From assembly GCF_988242995.1 (NCBI RefSeq), contig NZ_OZ547043.1: a DNA stretch of 64,000 bases; one strand, 5' to 3'. Of this stretch, positions 50,604 through 59,689 are shown piece after piece. The notes beneath the pieces were generated by a model, which was not told the DNA's origin, made no database searches, and worked only from the letters and a program-made list of their open reading frames with translations. The position numbers were made by a program, and so were the translations under genes. Each line of letters opens with the position of its first letter. The first letter of the stretch is position 1.

Positions 50604-51064
50604 GCAGAGTAACCGCGATTATCTCCGCTCTGGTTATCTGCATCGTCGTCTGCCTGTCATGGGGTGTTAATCATTACCGTGATAACGCCATCGCCTACAA
50701 AGAACAGCGCGACAAAAATGCCAGAGAACTGAAGCTGGCGAACGCGGCAATTACTGAGATGCAGATGCGTCAGCGTGATGTTGCTGCGCTCGATGCAAAA
50801 TACACGAAGGAGTTAGCTGATGCGAAAGCTGAAAATGATGCTCTGCGTGATGATGTTGCCGCTGGTCGTCGTCGGTTGCACATCAAAGCAGTCTGTCAGT
50901 CAGTGCGTGAAGCCACCACCGCCTCCGGCGTGGATAATGCAGCCTCCCCCCGACTGGCAGACACCGCTGAACGGGATTATTTCACCCTCCGGGAACGACT
51001 GGTAATGATGCAGGCCCAACTTGAAGGTGCTCAGCAATACATAACCGAGCAGTGTTTAAAGTAA
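50600..51064 (+). CDS. Rz i-spanin
   Basis: 154 aa with an N-terminal TM and a coiled-coil periplasmic domain. ATGA overlap with the endolysin. Confidence 0.92.
   Translation: MSRVTAIISALVICIVVCLSWGVNHYRDNAIAYKEQRDKNARELKLANAAITEMQMRQRDVAALDAKYTKELADAKAENDALRDDVAAGRRRLHIKAVCQSVREATTASGVDNAASPRLADTAERDYFTLRERLVMMQAQLEGAQQYITEQCLK
50820..51005 (+). CDS. Rz1 o-spanin lipoprotein embedded in Rz (+1 frame)
   Basis: 61 aa, [22 protein letters not shown]..., with a lipobox Cys and a Pro-rich mature part ([20 protein letters not shown]). Confidence 0.9.
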   Translation: MRKLKMMLCVMMLPLVVVGCTSKQSVSQCVKPPPPPAWIMQPPPDWQTPLNGIISPSGNDW

Positions 51065-51201
51065 AATCTTAACTACAATATGATTCATTTTGATGATTGT
51101 TTCATAAGGAACAGTGAAGTAAGATCTAAGAGGAGTTAAATTTTATACAGTATAATCATAATATTGCAGCAAGGTGGTTATAATTGAAAGAATATTTAGA
51201 T

Positions 51202-52659
51202 ATGAATACATCTCATGTAAGAGTTGTTACTCATATGTGTGGGTTCCTGGTTTGGCTCTATAGTCTTTCAATGTTGCCACCAATGGTTGTAGCATTGTTT
51301 TATAAAGAAAAAAGCCTGTTTGTTTTCTTTATAACTTTCGTTATATTTTTTTGCATTGGTGGCGGAGCGTGGTATACAACTAAGAAATCTGGCATTCAAT
51401 TACGTACCCGTGATGGGTTTATTATAATTGTAATGTTTTGGATTTTGTTTTCTGTTATTAGTGCATTCCCTTTATGGATTGACTCAGAACTTAATTTAAC
51501 GTTCATTGATGCTCTGTTTGAAGGGGTTTCTGGAATAACAACAACAGGAGCAACTGTAATTGATGATGTTAGTTCATTACCTCGGGCATATTTGTACTAT
51601 CGGTCACAGTTAAATTTTATAGGTGGTTTAGGAGTTATTGTTCTGGCGGTTGCTGTATTGCCATTATTGGGTATTGGTGGTGCAAAGCTTTATCAGTCAG
51701 AAATGCCGGGGCCATTTAAGGATGACAAACTCACTCCCCGCCTGGCCGATACGTCACGGACACTGTGGATAACTTATTCTTTATTAGGTATTGCTTGTAT
51801 TGTCTGTTATAGACTTGCAGGAATGCCTTTGTTTGATGCTATTTGTCACGGGATTTCCACAGTTTCGCTTGGTGGTTTCTCAACTCATAGCGAGAGTATC
51901 GGATATTTTAATAACTATTTGGTTGAGCTGGTGGCTGGTTCTTTTTCCCTGCTATCGGCTTTCAACTTCACTCTTTGGTATATTGTTATTAGCAGGAAAA
52001 CGATAAAACCTTTAATCAGAGATATTGAACTTCGTTTCTTTCTGTTAATAGCCTTAGGTGTGATCATTGTTACCTCTTTCCAGGTCTGGCATATAGGTAT
52101 GTATGACTTGCATGGAAGTTTTATTCATTCGTTTTTTCTTGCCAGCTCCATGCTCACTGATAATGGTTTAGCTACGCAGGATTATGCAAGTTGGCCCACG
52201 CACACGATAGTGTTTTTGCTGTTGTCAAGTTTCTTTGGGGGATGTATAGGTTCAACTTGTGGTGGAATTAAGTCACTTCGATTTCTTATACTTTTCAAAC
52301 AAAGCAAACACGAGATAAATCAGCTTTCTCATCCCAGAGCGTTGTTGAGTGTAAATGTAGGAGGGAAGATAGTTACAGATCGTGTAATGAGGTCTGTATG
52401 GAGTTTCTTTTTTCTTTATACTCTCTTCACGGTGTTTTTTATACTGGTGTTAAATGGTATGGGATATGATTTTCTTACATCATTTGCAACAGTGGCTGCA
52501 TGCATTAATAATATGGGATTAGGTTTTGGGGCTACTGCATCGTCATTCGGAGTGCTTAATGACATTGCAAAATGTTTAATGTGCATAGCTATGATTCTTG
52601 GTCGCCTTGAAATTTATCCTGTTATTATATTGTTTTCAGGTTTTTTTTGGCGCTCCTAA
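51202..52659 (+). CDS. trkG: TrkG K+ uptake protein (prophage moron)
   Basis: MNTSHVRVVTHMCGFLVWLYSLSMLPPMVVALFYKEK... (485 aa from the internal ATG). Polytopic, AT-rich. Confidence 0.94.
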   Translation: MNTSHVRVVTHMCGFLVWLYSLSMLPPMVVALFYKEKSLFVFFITFVIFFCIGGGAWYTTKKSGIQLRTRDGFIIIVMFWILFSVISAFPLWIDSELNLTFIDALFEGVSGITTTGATVIDDVSSLPRAYLYYRSQLNFIGGLGVIVLAVAVLPLLGIGGAKLYQSEMPGPFKDDKLTPRLADTSRTLWITYSLLGIACIVCYRLAGMPLFDAICHGISTVSLGGFSTHSESIGYFNNYLVELVAGSFSLLSAFNFTLWYIVISRKTIKPLIRDIELRFFLLIALGVIIVTSFQVWHIGMYDLHGSFIHSFFLASSMLTDNGLATQDYASWPTHTIVFLLLSSFFGGCIGSTCGGIKSLRFLILFKQSKHEINQLSHPRALLSVNVGGKIVTDRVMRSVWSFFFLYTLFTVFFILVLNGMGYDFLTSFATVAACINNMGLGFGATASSFGVLNDIAKCLMCIAMILGRLEIYPVIILFSGFFWRS

Positions 52660-52796
52660 TATATGGCTGATTTATAATTGTGAGTTTAATATTATGTTGA
52701 CTCACTCATTGATCCAATACCTAACTTTACCAGCAACACCTCCGTCCCCAGTAGCACTGGCTGCTGGGGTGCGTTTTATTCATAAAGCAAGGCTGT

Positions 52797-53588
52797 ATGA
52801 GCGAGAAATTAAAGATAGTCTATCGCCCATTACAAGAATTGTCACCGTATGCGCACAACGCCAGGACGCACAGTACTGAGCAGGTGGCACAACTGGTAGA
52901 AAGTATTAAGCAATTCGGCTGGACTAATCCGGTGCTGATTGACGAAAAGGGCGAAATTATTGCGGGTCACGGTCGTGTTATGGCGGCTGAAATGCTCAAA
53001 ATGGATTCTGTTCCGGTCATTGTTCTGTCTGGCCTGACGGATGAGCAGAAAAAGGCGTACCGCCTGGCAGATAATCGCCTGCCGATGAATGCTGGCTGGG
53101 ATGAAGATCTGTTGCGGATGGAGCTGTCGGACCTAATCAATGCTGATTTTGATGTCTCCCTGACAGGCTTCATCCCGACAGAAATTGATGAACTGTTGAC
53201 GGATGTTTTGCCCGGTACAGGAAATGAGGAGGAGCCGTATACGACGAAAATTGATACGCCTGTTTATGAGCCGTCGGGCGGTAAACCGGATATCAGTGAA
53301 CTGTACGACGATACGAAAACTCAGGAGCTGATCAGCCGGATACGTTCGGCGTCCCTTGAGCCTGATATTGAGAAATTCCTCCTGTGTGCGGCAGAACGTC
53401 ACACGGTGTTTAATTTCAGCAGAATTGCGGACTATTACGCTCACGCCCCCTCTGAAATTCAGTGTTTTTTCGAGGAGTCGGCGCTGGTGATCATTGATTA
53501 TCAGCAGGCTATTGAAAATGGATTTGTCCGGATGACGCAGCGCATGGTGGAGATCATGCATGGTGGTGAGGAGGAGGAATATGCGTGA
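52797..53588 (+). CDS. ynaK: ParB/Srx-like N-terminal-domain protein, full-length YnaK-type (263 aa)
   Basis: MSEKLKIVYRPLQELSPYAHNARTHSTEQVAQLVESIKQFGWTNPVLIDEKGEIIAGHGRVMAA...AYRLADNRL has ParB-like GHGR and ADN motifs. I recall K-12 YnaK as only the N-terminal ~87 aa. Confidence 0.85.
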   Translation: MSEKLKIVYRPLQELSPYAHNARTHSTEQVAQLVESIKQFGWTNPVLIDEKGEIIAGHGRVMAAEMLKMDSVPVIVLSGLTDEQKKAYRLADNRLPMNAGWDEDLLRMELSDLINADFDVSLTGFIPTEIDELLTDVLPGTGNEEEPYTTKIDTPVYEPSGGKPDISELYDDTKTQELISRIRSASLEPDIEKFLLCAAERHTVFNFSRIADYYAHAPSEIQCFFEESALVIIDYQQAIENGFVRMTQRMVEIMHGGEEEEYA

Positions 53589-54513
53589 TGATTTTTGCGC
53601 CTTTATTCTGACTCACGGGCGACCGGACAAAGTTCTGACTTACCGGACGTTGCGTCGTGCTGGCTATACCGGGAAAATTTTTATCGTTGTTGATGATGAA
53701 GATAAGACACGGCATCAGTACATGGCTGAATTTGGTGAACAGGTGCTGGTGTTTTCCAAAGCCGATATCGCCAGTCGTTTTGACGAAGCCGATAATTTCT
53801 GTGACCGCCGCTCAATTTTTTACGCCCGTAATGCCTGTTTCGACCTGGCAAAACTGGTCGGGTGTAAATACTTCATTCAGCTCGATGATGATTATCACGA
53901 GTTCCAGTTTCGGGTGGATCGCAACTATGACCAGGCCTATTTTCCGATAAGGAAACTGGATGCGATCCTTTCTGAAATGCTGGCGTACTACGAATCAATA
54001 CCTGCTCTTTCCATCGCTATGTCGCAGGGCGGGGATTTTCTTGGTGACAATGGCGGCCATGCTTCGTGGGTGAAACGCAAGGCAATGAACAGCTTTATCT
54101 GTTCGGTTGATCGACCGTTCTCATTCATGGGGCGCATTAACGAGGATGTGAATACGTACACGAATCTCGGTCGCTGTGGTGAATTGTTTATGACGATCGG
54201 TGCTGTCCAGTTAGGGCAGAAACAGACGCAGAAAAACAGCGGCGGAATGACCGAGCTGTATCTGGATTCCGGAACCTACGTTAAAAGTTTTTACTCCGTC
54301 ATGTATGCGCCGTCGTGCGTAAAAATTTCACTGATGGGTGCCAGCCATAAACGCATTCACCATCAGGTCACCTGGAACAACGCTGCAGTAAAAATCCTTC
54401 ACGAAAAATACAGGAAGAAGACACCCTGCATATCAATGGGGGTGACAAATGATTCCGTATTCGAAAGTCGAGTCTCTGGCAGCGTGCCGGATGACTGCAC
54501 AACAAATCGCTGA
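53581..54513 (+). CDS. Hypothetical protein with GT-A glycosyltransferase-like signatures (310 aa)
   Basis: GGAGGAGG lies before ATG 53581, which overlaps the ynaK-like stop by 8 nt. Signatures are an N-terminal FILTHGRPDKVLTYRTLRRAG strand-helix, VVDDED, the DxD-like QLDDDYHEF, and RINEDVNTY. The fold assignment is an inference from these motifs only. Confidence 0.6.
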   Translation: MRDDFCAFILTHGRPDKVLTYRTLRRAGYTGKIFIVVDDEDKTRHQYMAEFGEQVLVFSKADIASRFDEADNFCDRRSIFYARNACFDLAKLVGCKYFIQLDDDYHEFQFRVDRNYDQAYFPIRKLDAILSEMLAYYESIPALSIAMSQGGDFLGDNGGHASWVKRKAMNSFICSVDRPFSFMGRINEDVNTYTNLGRCGELFMTIGAVQLGQKQTQKNSGGMTELYLDSGTYVKSFYSVMYAPSCVKISLMGASHKRIHHQVTWNNAAVKILHEKYRKKTPCISMGVTNDSVFESRVSGSVPDDCTTNR

Positions 54514-54700
54514 CGTTCTGGATGTTGATCTGAACCGACTGAAAGAAAATCGGGAAGCAATGACAGATTTTTATGCGGCCATCCGTAAGGGCAGAGCGAA
54601 AGGTGAAGCCGAGTTACGAGCGGCATTGTTTAAGCTTGCCAGAAAAGGGGATGCCTTTGCTCTGCGCGAACTACTCAGGGTGGATAAAAATCAGGACTAA
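54449..54700 (+). CDS. Small HTH protein upstream of terminase (83 aa)
   Basis: MIPYSKVESLAACRMTAQQIADVLDVDLNRLKENREAM... has an HTH-like segment. The 5' end overlaps the previous ORF by 65 nt, so the start is uncertain. Confidence 0.5.
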   Translation: MIPYSKVESLAACRMTAQQIADVLDVDLNRLKENREAMTDFYAAIRKGRAKGEAELRAALFKLARKGDAFALRELLRVDKNQD

Positions 54701-54703
54701 CTG

Positions 54704-55798
54704 ATGAGCAGACCGGACTGGGGGGCGTTGCAGCAGGAGTATATTGCTGAATACACCCGCTCCGGTATATCTCCGGTGGCATGGTGTGAAGCAAGGGGAC
54801 TGAATTACGCAACAGCCCGTCGTTACATCAAAAAAACTCCGAAAAATGCGCAGACAGAAATGTGCAAAACTGCGCAAAAAAGTGCGCAGAAAAAATCTGC
54901 GCAGACTGCACAAAAGCGGAACGAAAAATCTCAGGAAAAAAAGCCAGTATTCGATGCGGGCCTGAATGAGGGCGACGCGGAGGAATTTTCGTTCTGTCCC
55001 GATGAATTCGGCATTTCTGACCAGCAGGCTAAGTTTGCGATGCTTGTTGCTCAGGGTAAAAAGCCGACAGAGGCGTACCGACTAGCCGGTTATGAGGGGC
55101 AAGGTGCGACAGCTAACAGCAACGCCAGTCGTATGCTTAGAAATGCCAGGGTTTTTCGCGCTATCAGCTACTTCCGCAATCAGTACCAGAAACGCTATAC
55201 CGCAGACCTGGATTTACTAGTGAGTCAGTTGATGGCTATTGTCCTGGCCGACCCCAATCAGCTTGCACAATTTCGCCGTGTTAACTGCCGTTATTGCTGG
55301 GGCGAGAATCATCTCTACCAGTGGCGCGATATAGCAGAATTCGACAAGGCAGCGGCGCAGGCTTCCAGAGATGGCAAACCCGAACCGGAATATGGAGGCC
55401 TCGGCTTTGTTGATAACGCCATACCCAATCCGGACTGCCCGAAGTGCTGCGGTGAGGGAACGGGACAGCTTTATATGGCTGATACCACTCTGCTTGATGG
55501 GGATGCGCGGCAATTATATGCAGGGGCAAAATTCGGAAAATTCGGCGTTGAGATCCTGCTGGAGGATAAGGCTGCCGCCCGGCGTGAATTGTTGCGTTTG
55601 TTTTCTGCTGGCGGGGCTTTATGTGCAGATAAACGGCTACAGGAACTGGAAATTGAACGGCGCAGAATGGAAAACCAGAAGCTGCGCAAAGAGATCGAAA
55701 CGGTGGAAGATAATGAACATCCCCAGCCTGTGGCGATCAATATTAATGTGGTTGATGCCAGAGTAAGGAGTGATGAAGATGATCTCTCCGACGCTTAA
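54704..55798 (+). CDS. Terminase small subunit (Terminase_2-like core with N-terminal HTH extension)
   Basis: 364 aa. The core QQAKFAMLVAQGKKPTEAYRLAGYEGQGATANSNASRMLRNARVFRAI is typical of small terminases. Confidence 0.8.
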   Translation: MSRPDWGALQQEYIAEYTRSGISPVAWCEARGLNYATARRYIKKTPKNAQTEMCKTAQKSAQKKSAQTAQKRNEKSQEKKPVFDAGLNEGDAEEFSFCPDEFGISDQQAKFAMLVAQGKKPTEAYRLAGYEGQGATANSNASRMLRNARVFRAISYFRNQYQKRYTADLDLLVSQLMAIVLADPNQLAQFRRVNCRYCWGENHLYQWRDIAEFDKAAAQASRDGKPEPEYGGLGFVDNAIPNPDCPKCCGEGTGQLYMADTTLLDGDARQLYAGAKFGKFGVEILLEDKAAARRELLRLFSAGGALCADKRLQELEIERRRMENQKLRKEIETVEDNEHPQPVAININVVDARVRSDEDDLSDA

Positions 55799-57080
55799 TG
55801 TGCCTCAGGCGCGATTTCTTTCAATGCCCCATAAATTTAAAGCCTATATTGCTGGTTTTGGCTCGGGCAAAACATGGGTTGGGTGTAGCGGCATATGCAA
55901 GGGGATTTGGGAGCATCCAGGTATAAATCAGGGATATTTTGCGCCAACGTATCCCCAAATTCGCGATATTTTTTACCCTACAGTGGAAGAAGTTGCTGCT
56001 GACTGGGGATTGAACGTAAAAATTAATGAGGGAAATAAAGAGGTTCACTTTTATTACGGACGCCAGTATCGGGGAACCACTATCTGCAGATCGATGGAGA
56101 AGCCACAAACGATCGTCGGTTTCAAAATTGGTAATGCGTTGGTGGATGAACTGGACATTTTGCCGAAGGAAAAAGCCAGAACGGCGTGGCGCAAGATAAT
56201 TGCACGTATGCGTTATAAGATTGATGGACTTCGCAACGGTATTGACGTTACAACCACGCCGGAAGGATTCAAATTTGTCTACGAGCAGTTTGTTAAAGCC
56301 GTGCGTGAAAAAACAGAGCTGGCCTCACTGTATGGTCTGGTGCAGGCATCTACTTTCGATAATGAAAAGAACCTGCCAGCAGATTACATTCCTTCGCTTC
56401 TTGAATCATACCCTCCAGAGCTGATTAAAGCCTATCTTCGAGGACAGTTTACTAACCTGACAAGTGGTACTGTTTACCATCAGTTTGACCGGAAACTGAA
56501 TAATTGCGAAGAAGTGGAGCAGCCAGGGGAGCCGATTTATATTGGGATGGATTTTAACGTTGGAAAGATGGCGGGAATCGTCCATGTGCTGCGTTTGGGG
56601 CTTCCATGTGCGGTAACTGAAATCATCAATGCCTACGATACGCCGGATATGATCCGCATCATTAAAGAACGCTTCTGGCTGTATGATGGGAATGATTACC
56701 GGAAAGTGAGGGAAATTTATATTTATCCAGATGCTTCCGGGGATTCCAGAAAATCAAGTAACGCAAGTACGACGGATATAGCCCAGCTTAAGCAGGCTGG
56801 TTTTAACGTTGTGGTGAACAGCTCGAACCCGCCAGTAAAAGATCGCGTTAACTCAATGAATGCAATGTTCTGCAATGCCAATGGTGAGCGTCGCTATAAA
56901 GTTAATGTGAAGCGTTGCCCGTTATATGCCGAATCTCTGGAGCAACAGGTCTGGGATGAGAAGGGGGAGCCTGATAAAAAATCTGGCAATGATCACCCGA
57001 ATGATGCCGGAGGTTATTTCATCGTTAAGCAATTCCCTATTGTCAAACCGACCGGAAGAGTCACATCACTTCGGATTTAA
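55779..57080 (+). CDS. Terminase large subunit
   Basis: About 433 aa with Walker A-like AGFGSGKTW. AAGGAG lies 8 nt before ATG 55779 (alternative starts at 55770 and 55773). Position fits. Confidence 0.8.
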   Translation: MISPTLNVPQARFLSMPHKFKAYIAGFGSGKTWVGCSGICKGIWEHPGINQGYFAPTYPQIRDIFYPTVEEVAADWGLNVKINEGNKEVHFYYGRQYRGTTICRSMEKPQTIVGFKIGNALVDELDILPKEKARTAWRKIIARMRYKIDGLRNGIDVTTTPEGFKFVYEQFVKAVREKTELASLYGLVQASTFDNEKNLPADYIPSLLESYPPELIKAYLRGQFTNLTSGTVYHQFDRKLNNCEEVEQPGEPIYIGMDFNVGKMAGIVHVLRLGLPCAVTEIINAYDTPDMIRIIKERFWLYDGNDYRKVREIYIYPDASGDSRKSSNASTTDIAQLKQAGFNVVVNSSNPPVKDRVNSMNAMFCNANGERRYKVNVKRCPLYAESLEQQVWDEKGEPDKKSGNDHPNDAGGYFIVKQFPIVKPTGRVTSLRI

Positions 57081-57082
57081 TT

Positions 57083-58489
57083 ATGGCTGATATATCAACA
57101 CCCAACCTCGACTATAACGATATGCTGGAGGCGTGGGATATTAACGACGCACTGATGGGCGGTACGCTTGAAATGCGCAGGCAGGGGGAAAATTATCTCC
57201 CAAAATGGCCTAACGAAGATGAAGACGCTTATAAAAAACGCCTGTCTGTGGCTACGCTACTTCCTGTGTATGAAGAAAGCATCAAGCAAAATATTGGGCG
57301 CATATTTGCAGAGCCGACAGTATTGAGTGAGGAAACGCCGGCAAAAATCAGGGAATATGCAGAAAATATCGACATGGAGGGGAGCCGACTGGATGTGTGG
57401 GCGCAGCAATTTTTCAGCCTCGCATTTCAGTATGGTGTGGCACATGCGCTGGTGGACTATCCACGAACGGATATGAAAGAGATTCGGACAAAAGCCGATG
57501 AAAACGCGACCGGTGGTCGTCCGTACGTTACGATGCTGAATCCACGCCAGGTTATTGGATGGAAATCGAAAGTTGAAAAAGGGAAAGTTGTTCTCACTGA
57601 TTTGCGTATAAAAGAGGTCATCATTATTGATGGTGATGATTTCGGGCAGAAGAAGGTGGAGCAGATCCGCCATATTATGCCCCGTCGAGTTGAAATTTAT
57701 CGACGTAGCGAAGGCACTAATGGCGAATCTGTCTGGACGCTTCATGAGTCATGGAATACCAGCCGTGATGATATTCCTCTGGTAACACTGTACACGAAGA
57801 AAACAGGATTTATGCGTGGTACACCGCCATTGCTTAATCTTGGCTTGCTGAATATCAAGCACTGGCAAAGCCAGAGCGAGCAGGACAATATTCTTCATGT
57901 TGCCCGCGTTCCATTGCTGGTGGCCTACGGGCTGGACAGGAATGAAGAACTGACGGTTGGTGCATCCACCGCTACGATTTTTGAGGACAGAACAAAAAAT
58001 GGCCTCGAATATGTTGAACATAGTGGCGCAGCGATAGAATCTGGCGAAACATCACTTGAGAAGCTGGAAAATCAGATGCGTCATGCCGGCGCTAAACTTC
58101 TGCGTGCTGAAAATACATCCACCAAATCTGTTGATCAGACTAATGAAGAGCGAATGCAGGAAAACTCGCCGCTTTATACAATGGCGAACTCCCTCGAAGA
58201 TGCTCTCGATAATATTCTCCAGATAATGGCGGAATGGATCGGAGAGAGTTGCGGTGGCAATGTGGATGTGCGCACTGAACTGGATGTATCTGCCCAGGTG
58301 TTTGACTCATCCTCCGCGCTGGCTGTTCAGTCATTGCGTCAGGGCGGTGATATACGTCAGATTGATGCGGTTCGGGTGTTGCAGGCGTTGAAATTTATCG
58401 ATCAGGATTCCCGTCCAGAGGAAGTGATCGATGAATTAAAAAATCAGAGTGTAATGCTGATGGAAATCAATGATGCAAACCGTGAATGA
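57083..58489 (+). CDS. Portal protein (putative)
   Basis: 468-aa ORF immediately after the large terminase. Size and order are typical of a portal. Confidence 0.7.
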   Translation: MADISTPNLDYNDMLEAWDINDALMGGTLEMRRQGENYLPKWPNEDEDAYKKRLSVATLLPVYEESIKQNIGRIFAEPTVLSEETPAKIREYAENIDMEGSRLDVWAQQFFSLAFQYGVAHALVDYPRTDMKEIRTKADENATGGRPYVTMLNPRQVIGWKSKVEKGKVVLTDLRIKEVIIIDGDDFGQKKVEQIRHIMPRRVEIYRRSEGTNGESVWTLHESWNTSRDDIPLVTLYTKKTGFMRGTPPLLNLGLLNIKHWQSQSEQDNILHVARVPLLVAYGLDRNEELTVGASTATIFEDRTKNGLEYVEHSGAAIESGETSLEKLENQMRHAGAKLLRAENTSTKSVDQTNEERMQENSPLYTMANSLEDALDNILQIMAEWIGESCGGNVDVRTELDVSAQVFDSSSALAVQSLRQGGDIRQIDAVRVLQALKFIDQDSRPEEVIDELKNQSVMLMEINDANRE

Positions 58490-59585
58490 ACGGCTGCGTG
58501 ATGAATCAATTGCTCATGCAGTCTGGATATCCCGCTATAGCACTGGCGTGGCTGCCAGAATGGTGAAAATACTGAATGACAGCGATGCGGAACTTACTGC
58601 TCGCCTGCTGATAGCACTGGACAGCCTCGATCCAGGTAATTTTACCGTTAAGCGCCTGGAGTCACTTCTGGCGAGCGTCAGAGAGGTTAACCGCACTGCT
58701 ATTAACAGCATGTTTACCAGTCTCTCCGGAGAGCTGAACGAGCTGGCAATTTATGAGGCTGGTTATCAGTTAAGTCTGTTTGATTCTATGCTACCTGATT
58801 TTGTTGCTGATGTTCACCCTCTGGTTGGTATCTCTCCTGATGCACTTTATGCCGCTGCAATGGCGCGACCATTCCAGGGACGACTGCTCAGTGAGTGGGC
58901 CTCAGATCTTGAGGCGGATCGGCTCAGACGCATAACAAATACAGTGCGTCAGGGTTTTTTGCTGGGGGATACCAATGAGCAGATCGCAAGAAAAATTCGG
59001 GGACATGTCAGTAAGGGATTTCAGGATGGTGCATTGCAGATGAGCCGGGCTAATGCGGCCAGCATTGCAAAAACAGCGGTTGGACATCTTGCTGCTACTG
59101 CCCGTGAGAGTTTTGCCAGCGCGAATAATGATTTGATTAAGGGTAAGCAATGGTTATCAACGCTTGATAATCGTACTACGCCACAATGTCGAATCAGGGA
59201 TCGCCTCAAATATACGCTGAATAATAAACCTGTAGGTCACAGCGTGCCTTATTTGCAGGGGCCGGGAAAAATTCATTTCTGCTGCCGCTCAACGGAAACG
59301 TTCATTCTGAAATCAGCGAAGGAACTGGGTATTGATGTTCGCGATATTTCCCCGGCTGAGCGGGCCAGCATGGATGGCGTGGTGGCCGGAGATACAACCT
59401 ACAGGGAATGGTTTTTGCGTCAGCCTTACACCAGACAAAAACAGATTGTGGGGGAAACCCGAGCAAAGCTGATTCGGGATGGTGGTATGTCGCCAGATGA
59501 ATTTTACACCGATAAAGGCGAATGGCTGACGCTGAAGCAGCTCCGTGAGCGTGATGCACAGGTATTCAGAAAAGCAGGGATTTAA
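58470..59585 (+). CDS. Head morphogenesis protein (Mu F / SPP1 gp7-like)
   Basis: 371 aa with ...WLSTLDNRTTPQCRIRD..., resembling the Mu F family signature. Follows the portal. Confidence 0.7.
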   Translation: MMQTVNERLRDESIAHAVWISRYSTGVAARMVKILNDSDAELTARLLIALDSLDPGNFTVKRLESLLASVREVNRTAINSMFTSLSGELNELAIYEAGYQLSLFDSMLPDFVADVHPLVGISPDALYAAAMARPFQGRLLSEWASDLEADRLRRITNTVRQGFLLGDTNEQIARKIRGHVSKGFQDGALQMSRANAASIAKTAVGHLAATARESFASANNDLIKGKQWLSTLDNRTTPQCRIRDRLKYTLNNKPVGHSVPYLQGPGKIHFCCRSTETFILKSAKELGIDVRDISPAERASMDGVVAGDTTYREWFLRQPYTRQKQIVGETRAKLIRDGGMSPDEFYTDKGEWLTLKQLRERDAQVFRKAGI

Positions 59586-59604
59586 ATAAATCATTTATTA
59601 CAAC

Positions 59605-59630
59605 AGGCTACCTTCGGGTGGCCTTTTTTA
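59605..59630 (+). terminator. Stem-loop plus T-run after the Mu F-like gene
   Basis: AGGCTACC-TTCG-GGTGGCCT (one G-U pair) followed by TTTTTTATT. Confidence 0.55.
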
Positions 59631-59689
59631 TTGCTGCGATCCGGATGGTGAGCAGCGTAACTGTCGGAAGACTTAAACCAGGTACTAAT

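Noticed and set aside
54449-54513. 65-nt overlap between the GT-like ORF and the 83-aa HTH ORF as a programmed frameshift site
   Set aside because: I saw no slippery heptamer or downstream structure. More likely the small ORF starts at a later Met (for example 54491), or the overlap is simple.
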